Part shown: piece by piece, positions 1 through 8,290 of the stretch
Layout of the letters: every line of letters starts with the position of its first letter
Numbering within the stretch: the stretch's first letter is position 1
Source of the DNA: an uncultured Candidatus Saccharibacteria bacterium
Lineage (GTDB): Bacteria; Patescibacteriota; Minisyncoccia; Phycocordibacterales; GWA1-40-21
Direction of reading: 5' to 3'
Assembly: GCA_964539415.1 (NCBI GenBank)
Contig: CAZIID010000001.1
Location: 11,979 to 75,978, forward strand
Length of the DNA stretch: 64,000 nucleotides
The notes under the pieces: generated by a model
Told to the model about the DNA's origin: nothing
Database searches by the model: none
The model's input: only the letters and a program-made list of their open reading frames with translations
Made by a program: the position numbers and the translations under genes

Positions 1-128
1 ATGTCCAATTCTCCAAACTTCTTCCAATAATTTCGTTCTAGAATCTCAAAACTATGTTTCATAAGAAACATACAGGCAATATCCTCACCAAGATCTCCTG
101 TTTCCCTATTTTTAGTCTTATCTTTCAT
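1..128 (-). CDS. yraN: YraN family (UPF0102) nuclease, 5' part; gene runs off the window edge
   Basis: Manual translation MKDKTKNRETGDLGEDIACMFLMKHSFEILERNYWKKFGELD matches the YraN G..GE..A...L....IL.RN....GE.D pattern. Confidence 0.85.
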   Translation of the reverse strand, partial: MKDKTKNRETGDLGEDIACMFLMKHSFEILERNYWKKFGELD

Positions 129-197
129 ATTTTACTCTATTTTAAGGTATTTAAAGCTTTTTTGTCAATCTTAACTATAAAAGGTTTCGTGTGTAAC

Positions 198-238
198 ATA
201 TCTCAAATAATGTTACTTAGTAACATTATTTGAGATAT
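198..238. repeat. Perfect AT-rich inverted repeat (19-bp arms)
   Basis: ATATCTCAAATAATGTTAC-TTA-GTAACATTATTTGAGATAT. Confidence 0.85.
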
Positions 239-364
239 TAGCTGTCTTTAACCTGTTTGTCCTAAAAATAGCTATATTTATAGCCATATAATCACTAAAG
301 GACCGATAAAATAGGCTTGTTTGCGCATTGTTTCAGATTGTCTTTAATCAACATATACACATAG

Positions 365-373
365 TTATCCACA
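365..373 (+). promoter_or_regulatory. DnaA box
   Basis: TTATCCACA, exact consensus. Confidence 0.6.
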
Positions 374-483
374 GTTTTCCTTTAGAAAATGGCTAAAAAT
401 ATAGAAAGTGACTTTTATTATACTTTTTTGACCTTAATTTTATAGAACTGTCTCTAAAAGTAATAATAGCTAATGTCTTTAAA

Positions 484-499
484 TGTTTCGGGTGAAACA
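484..499. promoter_or_regulatory. parS-like site
   Basis: TGTTTCGGGTGAAACA, 2 mismatches to TGTTTCACGTGAAACA; weaker copy GGTTTCGTGTGTAACA at 183-198; origin-proximal. Confidence 0.55.
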
Positions 500-802
500 T
501 AATCAGAATTGTTCGTAAATAAAAAAGAAGGGCTTCGAACACTATACAAATATCAATGAAGCTGAAAACAGTAGGAATTTCGACCGTTACACGGTCAGTA
601 CCCCTTTCCCATTTACTCATAATCAGAATTACTCGTAAATAGGGGAAAGGGCTTCGAATCCTACACAAAAACAATAATATTGCTTTCGCGAGATATATAG
701 GACCGTGAGTACACTTTTCGACCGTTACACGGTCAGTACCCCTTTCCCATTTACTCATAATCAGAATTACTCGTAAATAGGGGAAAGGGCTTCGAATCCT
801 AC
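498..802. repeat. Structured direct-repeat array downstream of tRNA-Arg (two exact 87-bp copies and one degenerate partial copy)
   Basis: 578-664 is identical to 716-802 (period 138); partial copy at 498-539; full units end in TTCGAATCCTAC, identical to the tRNA-Arg T-arm. Confidence 0.9.
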
Positions 803-869
803 TCGCGAGTGATACATATCACTCGCTTGAGAGCACAAAATAAAAACTGCCTAAGCAGTTTATATTTTG

Positions 870-941
870 TGCTCTCAGTAGGATTCGAACCTACAATAAT
901 GGTTTCGAAGACCATTGTGATATCCATTTCACTATGAGAGC
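870..941 (-). tRNA. tRNA-Arg(TCG)
   Basis: GCTCTCA/TGAGAGC acceptor stem, ATGGT-CTTCGAA-ACCAT anticodon arm, GTAGG-TTCGAAT-CCTAC T-arm; CCA not encoded. Confidence 0.93.
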
Positions 942-1060
942 ATTTCTAATAAGTATGAGATAGGGTAATCATACGCTAAAATGATAAAAAATCAAAAGTT
1001 TGTTAATATTTTTGATTTTTAATTTTTTATATGTATAATAGTAAAGTCAAAGAAATAAAT

Positions 1061-1131
1061 GCGGGCGTGGTTTAATGGTAGAACAAGTCCTTGCCAAGGA
1101 TTGGATTCGGGTTCGATTCCCGGCGCCCGCA
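1061..1131 (+). tRNA. tRNA-Gly(GCC)
   Basis: GCGGGCG/CGCCCGC acceptor stem, AGTCC-TTGCCAA-GGATT anticodon arm, GGTTCGATTCC T-loop; CCA not encoded. Confidence 0.95.
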
Positions 1132-1236
1132 CTAATAAGAGAAAAAAATTTGACTGCGTGCGATAAAACAAATAGGTAGCAACTACTATCTCGCACAGAA
1201 TACTTAAATAATTTTTCTCTGATATAATATATTGAA

Positions 1237-2772
1237 ATGCTCAAAATAGATGGGGAATTCAAAAATATTCCTAAAATAATTTGGGAAACAGCACAGAAGC
1301 TTGAGAAAGCCGGTTTTGAGGCATACCTAATAGGTGGATGTGTTAGAGATATATTAATAAACAGAGCACCCAATGATTGGGATTTTACTACAAATGCTAC
1401 GCCAGATGAGATAATTGCTATTTTTGATAAGACTTTTTATGAAAACACTTACGGAACAGTTGGTGTTGTAAATGAAGACGTTTCACTAATCACAGGAGCA
1501 GACGGACAAGTAGATGAAACACTCAAGGTTATTGAAATAACACCTTATAGACTAGAAGCAGAATATTCAGACAACAGAAGACCAGATAGTGTTTCATTCA
1601 GTGAAAATCTAGAAGATGATCTAAAAAGACGTGATTTTACCGTAAATGCTATAGGACTTCACTTACACAGCTATGACGAAGCAACAGATACCTATAAAGG
1701 ACACTTGATTGACCTTTATAAAGGACAGGAAGATTTAACAAAAAAGGTAATAAGGACAGTTGGGCTACCAGAAGAAAGATTTGCAGAAGACGGCCTTAGA
1801 ATTTTGCGTGCAGTCAGAATTGCCACTCAGATTGGATTTAAAATTGAAGATAAAACGAAAGAAGCAATCATAAAATATGCGCCACTTTTGGAAAAAATAG
1901 CAAAAGAAAGAATTAGAGAAGAATTTACTAAGATAATAACATCAGACGAACCTGAAAGGGGATTGAATGCTTGTTATAAGCTTGGCGTACTCAAATACAT
2001 AATTCCAGAACTTGAAAAAACAATAAGTATAGAGCAGGGTGGGGCACATATTTATGATGTTTGGGAACATTCGCTAAAAGCTCTTCAGTGTGCAGCAGAC
2101 AAGAAATATTCGCTCGAGATTAGGCTAGCGGCTCTTTTACATGATATTGGTAAACCAAAAGCTAGACGTGCTGGTACAAACAAAGAATGGTCATTCTATG
2201 GGCATGAGGTTGTGGGAGCAAGATTTACAGAAAAAATACTCAATGATCTCAGATATCCAAAGAAAATTATAGAAAAAACGACAAAACTAGTTAGATGGCA
2301 TATGTTTTTCTCAGACACAGAACTTATAAGTCTTTCTGCAGTTAGAAGAATCATTGCTCAGGTGGGTAAAGATAATATTTGGGATCTTATGAATGTGAGA
2401 ATCTGTGACAGGGTAGGAATGGGTAAAGAAAAGGAAGATCCATATAGACTAAGGAAATATCATGCAATGATTGATGAGGCTGTAAGAGACCCTATCACTG
2501 TTGGAATGCTCAAACTTGATGGTAAACAACTTATGGAAGTACTTGGCGAGAAACCTGGACCGAAGATTGGTTTCATACTTCATGCAATGCTAGAAGACGT
2601 GCTGGATGACCCAAAGCTTAATACCGAAGAATATCTAACAAAAAGGGCAGAGGAGCTAGTAAAGATGACAGAAAAGGAATTAAAGAAGATAGGAGAAGAA
2701 GGTAAAAAGAAAAAGGAAGAAGAAAACCAAGTAGAGATTAAGGAGATAAGGAGTAAGCATAAGGTCAAATAA
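1237..2772 (+). CDS. cca: CCA tRNA nucleotidyltransferase with HD domain
   Basis: GGCVRD, DWD, RRDFTVNA and EDGLRILRA class II NTase motifs; LLHDIGK HD motif. Confidence 0.93.
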   Translation: MLKIDGEFKNIPKIIWETAQKLEKAGFEAYLIGGCVRDILINRAPNDWDFTTNATPDEIIAIFDKTFYENTYGTVGVVNEDVSLITGADGQVDETLKVIEITPYRLEAEYSDNRRPDSVSFSENLEDDLKRRDFTVNAIGLHLHSYDEATDTYKGHLIDLYKGQEDLTKKVIRTVGLPEERFAEDGLRILRAVRIATQIGFKIEDKTKEAIIKYAPLLEKIAKERIREEFTKIITSDEPERGLNACYKLGVLKYIIPELEKTISIEQGGAHIYDVWEHSLKALQCAADKKYSLEIRLAALLHDIGKPKARRAGTNKEWSFYGHEVVGARFTEKILNDLRYPKKIIEKTTKLVRWHMFFSDTELISLSAVRRIIAQVGKDNIWDLMNVRICDRVGMGKEKEDPYRLRKYHAMIDEAVRDPITVGMLKLDGKQLMEVLGEKPGPKIGFILHAMLEDVLDDPKLNTEEYLTKRAEELVKMTEKELKKIGEEGKKKKEEENQVEIKEIRSKHKVK

Positions 2773-2802
2773 CTAGCTTTTAATAACCCTTATGATAATA
2801 TA

Positions 2803-3168
2803 TTGATTATGATAGATACAAATAAATACAAAATAATATTGGAAGCAGAATTAAAGAAAGTTGAAGGGGAACTTGGAACAGTTGCACAAAAAAATCCTAG
2901 TGTTAAAAACGACTGGCAAGCAGTTGCAACAAATCTTGAAGATGCAGATGATGAATCGGATCCAAATGATAATGCAGACAAGATAGAAGAATTTGAAACA
3001 AATGTTGCTATCACAGAAGACCTAGAAATAAGATTTACTGAAATAAAAGAGGCTTTGAAGAGAATAGAAGATGGAACCTATGGAAAATGTAGTGTTGATG
3101 GGGAAGAAATACCAGAAGAAAGACTAAACGCAAACCCAGCAGCAAAGAATTGTATAAAGCATTCATAA
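2803..3168 (+). CDS. TraR/DksA C4-type zinc-finger protein
   Basis: Coiled coil with DPNDNA, then ALKRIEDGTYGKC...IPEERL..NP.A..C. Confidence 0.85.
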   Translation: MIMIDTNKYKIILEAELKKVEGELGTVAQKNPSVKNDWQAVATNLEDADDESDPNDNADKIEEFETNVAITEDLEIRFTEIKEALKRIEDGTYGKCSVDGEEIPEERLNANPAAKNCIKHS

Positions 3169-3172
3169 TCTT

Positions 3173-3197
3173 AAAAAAACACCTTCGGGTGTTTTTT
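3173..3197 (+). terminator. Intrinsic terminator
   Basis: AAAAAAACACC-TTCG-GGTGTTTTTT. Confidence 0.8.
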
Positions 3198-3223
3198 GTT
3201 TTATGTGATATAATTTTCTGCAA

Positions 3224-4831
3224 ATGTCGTTTGCAAAAACTTATAGCGCGCAAACTGTTGGTCTTACCGCAAAAATTATTGATGTTGAAGTAGATCTTTC
3301 AAAAGGACTTCATTCTTTCTCCGTTGTTGGTCTTCCAGATAAAGCAGTTGAAGAATCTAAAGACAGAGTTTCTGCATCTATAAAAAACTCCGGCTATAAA
3401 TCTCCTAAAGCAAAGAACGAAAAGATAACAGTTTTTCTTGCACCTGCTGATATAAAGAAAGAAGGGCCTGCATTTGATGTCGCTATTGCCCTTGCATACC
3501 TTATCGCAAGTGATGAAATAAAATTTGATCCAGAGAAAAAACTTTTCTTGGGTGAACTTTCGCTTGATGGTAAACTCCGAAGAATAACCGGCGTGTTGCC
3601 AATAATTTCCAAAGCAAAAAATGCGGGTTTTAAACAAATATTTTTACCTAAAGAAAATGCCAGGGAAGCGGGACTCATAGAAGGTATAGAAATATATGGA
3701 GCAGGCACTTTACAAGAGATTATTGAACATATTAATGAAAAACCAGCATCCACTTCTGTCCTTCCCGCGAAGGCGGGGATCCAGAGATCGGCAAAATATA
3801 CAGCAAATGAGAAGACCATCAAAAAAATTCTTCTTCAACCAAAAACTTGTGTAGAGAAAAATTGTCTAGAAGAATATGATATTGATTTTGGAGATATCAA
3901 AGGACAGGAAACTGCAAAGAGGGGACTTGAGATTGCCGCAGCGGGTGGACACAACATCGCGATGTTTGGACCCCCAGGAACCGGAAAGACGATGCTCGCA
4001 CGTGCATTTTGTCACATATTACCTCCACTTTCTTTTGACGAACTTTTGGAAATCACTTCAATTCATTCTGTTGCAGGGATTCTAAAAGAAGATTTGATTT
4101 CAAAACCACCGATCAGGTCTCCGCATCACACATCATCTTATGTTTCACTCGTCGGAGGTGGTGCAATTCCAAAGCCCGGCGAAGTGACGCTCGCGCACAG
4201 AGGAGTATTATTCCTAGACGAATTTCCAGAGTTTGATAGGAAAGTCATAGAAGCGCTTCGTGAACCTCTTGAGGAAGGAGAGATAAGTATTTCACGTGCA
4301 AAAGGTTCACACACCTTTCCGGCAAGTTTCATTTTAATCGCCGCAATGAATCCATGCCCTTGTGGGAACTTTGGTTCAAAGAATAAAGAATGTATCTGTA
4401 AACCTACCGATTTACTTCGATATCAAAGGAAGATCTCTGGACCAATAGCAGACAGAATAGATATGTGGGTGGAAGTTTCACAGATTGATTATGATAAGCT
4501 CGGCGAGAAGAGGGAAAAGAAAGAAACACCAGAGATGCAAGGACGAGTCAGTGACGCCCGAGATATACAAAGAAAAAGATTTTTGAACGCCAGCAAAAAA
4601 ATTACGGCAAATAGCGAGATGAATTCAAAAGATGTAAACGAATTTTGCACTATCGGTGAAAAAGAAAAAGAAATTTTAAATACATCAGCAAGAAAGCTAA
4701 ATTTATCAGCGAGAGCATATCACAGAGTGTTAAAACTTGCTCGAACAATAGCAGATCTTGAAGAAAGCCCTGAGATAAAAATGCCTCATATACTTGAAGC
4801 ATTACAATATAGACCAAAGAGACAAGAATAG
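3224..4831 (+). CDS. comM: ComM/YifB Mg-chelatase-like AAA+ ATPase
   Basis: VGLPDKAVEES, GPPGTGKT, PHH, LFLDEFPEF, AAMNPCPCG and ARTIADL motifs. Confidence 0.95.
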   Translation: MSFAKTYSAQTVGLTAKIIDVEVDLSKGLHSFSVVGLPDKAVEESKDRVSASIKNSGYKSPKAKNEKITVFLAPADIKKEGPAFDVAIALAYLIASDEIKFDPEKKLFLGELSLDGKLRRITGVLPIISKAKNAGFKQIFLPKENAREAGLIEGIEIYGAGTLQEIIEHINEKPASTSVLPAKAGIQRSAKYTANEKTIKKILLQPKTCVEKNCLEEYDIDFGDIKGQETAKRGLEIAAAGGHNIAMFGPPGTGKTMLARAFCHILPPLSFDELLEITSIHSVAGILKEDLISKPPIRSPHHTSSYVSLVGGGAIPKPGEVTLAHRGVLFLDEFPEFDRKVIEALREPLEEGEISISRAKGSHTFPASFILIAAMNPCPCGNFGSKNKECICKPTDLLRYQRKISGPIADRIDMWVEVSQIDYDKLGEKREKKETPEMQGRVSDARDIQRKRFLNASKKITANSEMNSKDVNEFCTIGEKEKEILNTSARKLNLSARAYHRVLKLARTIADLEESPEIKMPHILEALQYRPKRQE

Positions 4832-4897
4832 TCGACCTTTATATAATCAGTAACTGACTATATAATAGTTAAGGTTTACTAATCAATAATATTACTA

Positions 4898-6244
4898 ATG
4901 AAAAACCTTTTAATAAAGACAGGAATAATTTTAGGTGGGACCGGCTTTGTGGTTTTAATAAATTTTCTATTTTTAAACTATAAAGGTGGTCTAAATGACG
5001 CAGCAAACGTGTCTCTACCAATGAATGTTAATAACAAAGTTCTCATAATTGCTGCAAATGGATATGGTTCTACAGGGTCTTTCACTGAAGCGGTTAACAA
5101 ACAACTTCAATCAGTCCAATGTGACAACATAGATAAAATATTTTACAAACTACCCCAGTCAAATAGTGCAAAGATAAATGGGCAGGCAATAAACAAAAAA
5201 ATCACTGAAACTCTCGCCAAAGATAAAAATACCAAAATTCTTGTAACCGCTCATTCGATTGCTGCTATTGGAGCGTGGAACTATAAATATTCCGGTCCAT
5301 ACACAAACAATGTCACTTATTTATTGTATGATCCACCTTACAATGCAGCTGGTTTTCTTACACCGGAATTTATCAAACTTCTTCCAAATGCCGGTTTCTT
5401 GAAATATGTCGCCAACGGAGGCGAAATAACCGCAGCAAAAAAGTCAGGGATTGCAAACTACTTCAATACCATAAAATGGACAAATGGATATAAAATGTCA
5501 GGGGTTCCGCCGTTCCGAACAGCAGCGCAGAAAAAAGCGAATCTTGAATTAGAGAGAAAACACGTTACGTTTGAAGGGACTAATAATTACACAAAGCTTG
5601 CGGATGTTTTTAATTGGGCAATTAATTATTGCCCGCGCCACATAAGTGGGGGAACACCATATACACCTTATGTCCCCCCTCCTGCACATGATAAACCCGT
5701 AATCTACCTATACCCAACACAAACCGAAAAAGTTAAGGTACAACTGGATTACAAAGGAGAGTTAGTTGTTGATTATCCTGAATACAACTATGATATGAAG
5801 GGTTGGGAAGTCACAGCTCATCCTGATGGAACAATAATAGATTCGGATGGAAAAGAATACAGTTATATATTCTGGGAGGGACTACCTAATGAGGAAATTG
5901 ATTACGATCTTTCAAAGGGGTTCATTGTAAAAGGTGAAGATACTGTAAACTTCCTACAACAAACTCTTTCAAAAATGGGTCTAATACCAAAAGAGTATAA
6001 TGAATTTATAGTTTATTGGTATCCAAAGATGAAAGACAATAAGTACAATCTAATACGTTTTGCTGATGAGGAATATACTGACATCGCACCACTTACGATT
6101 ACACCAGAACCAGATTCCATGTTAAGAGTATTCATGGTTTACAAGCCCCTCGAGGAAGCAATACAAATCCAAAAGCAGGATCTGAAAACATTCGAAAGAA
6201 AAGGATTTACGGTCATTGAGTGGGGAGGAGCTGAATTGAAATAA
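4898..6244 (+). CDS. Membrane-anchored/secreted protein with C-terminal 'KPVIYLYP...EWGG' domain
   Basis: N-terminal TM segment; conserved KPVIYLYP, YSYIFWEG, EFIVYW.P and FTVIEWGG motifs. Confidence 0.75.
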   Translation: MKNLLIKTGIILGGTGFVVLINFLFLNYKGGLNDAANVSLPMNVNNKVLIIAANGYGSTGSFTEAVNKQLQSVQCDNIDKIFYKLPQSNSAKINGQAINKKITETLAKDKNTKILVTAHSIAAIGAWNYKYSGPYTNNVTYLLYDPPYNAAGFLTPEFIKLLPNAGFLKYVANGGEITAAKKSGIANYFNTIKWTNGYKMSGVPPFRTAAQKKANLELERKHVTFEGTNNYTKLADVFNWAINYCPRHISGGTPYTPYVPPPAHDKPVIYLYPTQTEKVKVQLDYKGELVVDYPEYNYDMKGWEVTAHPDGTIIDSDGKEYSYIFWEGLPNEEIDYDLSKGFIVKGEDTVNFLQQTLSKMGLIPKEYNEFIVYWYPKMKDNKYNLIRFADEEYTDIAPLTITPEPDSMLRVFMVYKPLEEAIQIQKQDLKTFERKGFTVIEWGGAELK

Positions 6245-6245
6245 G

Positions 6246-6277
6246 AAAAAGCCTGAGAATTTTCTCAGGCTTTTTTG
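6246..6277. terminator. Bidirectional terminator
   Basis: AAAAAGCCTGAGAA/TTCTCAGGCTTTTT between convergent genes. Confidence 0.8.
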
Positions 6278-6280
6278 TTT

Positions 6281-6718
6281 TTATATTTTGATGACAGCAA
6301 TCATTTCTCTTTCATCTTCTGTATCTGGATCATCCCAAATAGGCAAAAATGTTTTTACATCCAAACTGGTTTTTCTTTTTAATCTTGGATCAGCAATATA
6401 TACTCTATTATTTTTTACTCCGTACACAACAGAGAAATGCCCTCCACCATGTCTCGTCCAATAAATTATCACCGGAATCCCTTTATCAGTTATTTTTTGT
6501 AATTCAGCGATACTTGATCCAACTTTATACTCAACTTTAAATCCTAATTTTTTTATCGCGGAGACTACTTTGTCTGTGGAACAACCTTCTCTTGTTTCAC
6601 CGATAATACCAGCAACTTCTTTTTCTGTTTTCTTTATTCCATAAAAGCCTAAAATCATTCGGAGAGATGAGGGGCCACAGAACCCTTTTGTTTGTTGAAA
6701 AAGTTTAATTTTTAACAT
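6281..6718 (-). CDS. Peptidase C39-like cysteine protease
   Basis: QQTKGFCGPSSL (Q...CG), GHFSVV and IADP catalytic motifs; likely start MLKIK at 6718, preceded by TATAAT. Confidence 0.85.
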   Translation of the reverse strand: MLKIKLFQQTKGFCGPSSLRMILGFYGIKKTEKEVAGIIGETREGCSTDKVVSAIKKLGFKVEYKVGSSIAELQKITDKGIPVIIYWTRHGGGHFSVVYGVKNNRVYIADPRLKRKTSLDVKTFLPIWDDPDTEDEREMIAVIKI

Positions 6719-6748
6719 GAAGACATTATATCTTTTTGCGAGACAAAC

Positions 6749-6791
6749 AAAAAGCGGGTTTTGAGGAAGCTTCCTCAAAACCCGCTTTTTT
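6749..6791. terminator. Perfect hairpin / terminator
   Basis: AAAAAGCGGGTTTTGAGGAAG/CTTCCTCAAAACCCGCTTTTT. Confidence 0.75.
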
Positions 6792-6800
6792 AAAGTTTGG

Positions 6801-6899
6801 AATTACCCCAGCTCCAAAAGTCATACGGCCTCGTGCTTGGTCAAAAGAGGACAGGACTATTCGTCCACGCACTCGACCTAGGTTGGAGAGGGGTTAATT
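6801..6899 (-). ncRNA. Candidate ~100-nt structured RNA, family unknown
   Basis: GC-rich bulged rod between two terminator hairpins; minus strand pairs GGUC-GA-GUGC-G-UGG with CCA-A-GCAC-GA-GGCC. Confidence 0.5.
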
Positions 6900-6951
6900 T
6901 TTACAAGACACAAAAAAATCCCCATGAAGGGGATCTTTTTGTGAGTAAAAA

Positions 6952-7971
6952 TTAGAAAGGATTCTTTGCTCCACGAATCTCAAGGTGTAAGTGAGGTCCG
7001 GTAGAATTTCCGGTATTTCCTGTAAGACCTATAAGTTGGCCTTTTGTAACTCTTTGCCCTGGGGTCACATATACAGCACTTAAGTGACCATAGACAGTTT
7101 GTGAGCCATTGTAGTGTGAAATAACTATGTATTCAGCGTATCCTCCGTTCCATCCTGTAGTTTTTGCTATAACAACTTCACCGCCAGCTGCAGCAACAAG
7201 TGATGATCCAACTGGGATAGCATAGTCAACAGCATTGTATCCGTGCAAGCCTTGAGTCTTTCTTCCTCCAGAAATTGGCAACATATAATATCCAGCATAT
7301 GAAGGAACATTGTCTGTACCTTTTATAAGGGAAGTAGCACCAGTAACGGAAGTTTTTGCAGTTGAAACCTTTGATCCAGCATCTCCATCAGGAATTATAA
7401 CAGTATCTCCAATTGCTAATTTTGATGTTGAATCTAAACTGTTGAACTGCTGAATTTCAGCTAAATCACCTTTATATTTCTTAGCAATAGAACTTAATGT
7501 TTCGCCTTTTGCTACAGTGTGAATAACTCCAGAAACAGGCAATATAACAAGTTCCTGTCCTTCTTTAATTGATTTTCCGGATATATCATTTGCCCAAACA
7601 ATAGTATTTGTTGAAACACCAAACATTTTAGCAATAGAAGAAAGTGAATCTCCCTTTCTAACTATATATCTGCTAATAGTTCCATTTGTAACAGTATCAT
7701 TTATATCAGCAACAGTTCCTGATGGACCATTTTCTGACAAAAGAGCATTACCATCTACTATATTAATATCACCACCTCCAACAGAAGCGCTATTTATAGG
7801 TGATGGAGAACTTTGCAATAATGGCATAGTCTGAGAATTACCGACAATAACAGTTGCTTCCATTTTAGAATCTTTACCAGAGAAAAAGTCTGCTAAAAAT
7901 GAAAAAACACCAGCACTTGTAGTCAATGGGCTACCGACTGTCATCAAGATGGGTAGAGTAATGGCAAACAA
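6952..7971 (-). CDS. LysM x2 + M23 metallopeptidase
   Basis: YIVRKGDSLSSIA and HTVAKGETLSSIA LysM repeats; YGHL and STGPHLHLE M23 motifs. Confidence 0.92.
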   Translation of the reverse strand: MFAITLPILMTVGSPLTTSAGVFSFLADFFSGKDSKMEATVIVGNSQTMPLLQSSPSPINSASVGGGDINIVDGNALLSENGPSGTVADINDTVTNGTISRYIVRKGDSLSSIAKMFGVSTNTIVWANDISGKSIKEGQELVILPVSGVIHTVAKGETLSSIAKKYKGDLAEIQQFNSLDSTSKLAIGDTVIIPDGDAGSKVSTAKTSVTGATSLIKGTDNVPSYAGYYMLPISGGRKTQGLHGYNAVDYAIPVGSSLVAAAGGEVVIAKTTGWNGGYAEYIVISHYNGSQTVYGHLSAVYVTPGQRVTKGQLIGLTGNTGNSTGPHLHLEIRGAKNPF

Positions 7972-8290
7972 CCACTTACAATAAGTGGCTAATATTAAAG
8001 ATATTTTAGTTTCACCCCTCCTTTTTGCGTTTTTTGGGCTAACTTTGTGAGTTTTTTGTGAAATAAGCCTATTTTGTTAAGGGAATTCAAGCTGTCTGAA
8101 ACCGATATGGCTCAATAGAGCCATAAATAACAGTTTTCCGTGTTTCTGTGTACAATATCTAATGTTACCCTTTTGAAAACCATAGTCAAGAAAGTTATCC
8201 ACACTTTATTCTCAATATACTATTAAAATGGCTAAAAATAAGGATATTTTTAAATTCTGAGCCGGCGACTTTTCATGCTATATTTACCTG

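Noticed and set aside
571-664. Hammerhead ribozyme (three-way junction with GAAA)
   Set aside because: No CUGANGA core in the junction on either strand
393-758. 121-aa ORF with an internal duplication
   Set aside because: The duplication simply reflects the DNA repeat; the region is better explained as a non-coding structured repeat
498-802. CRISPR array
   Set aside because: Repeats are 87 bp, there are only about 2.5 copies, they are tRNA-derived, and no cas genes are in the window
1047-1373. Minus-strand 108-aa ORF
   Set aside because: Antisense to tRNA-Gly and cca
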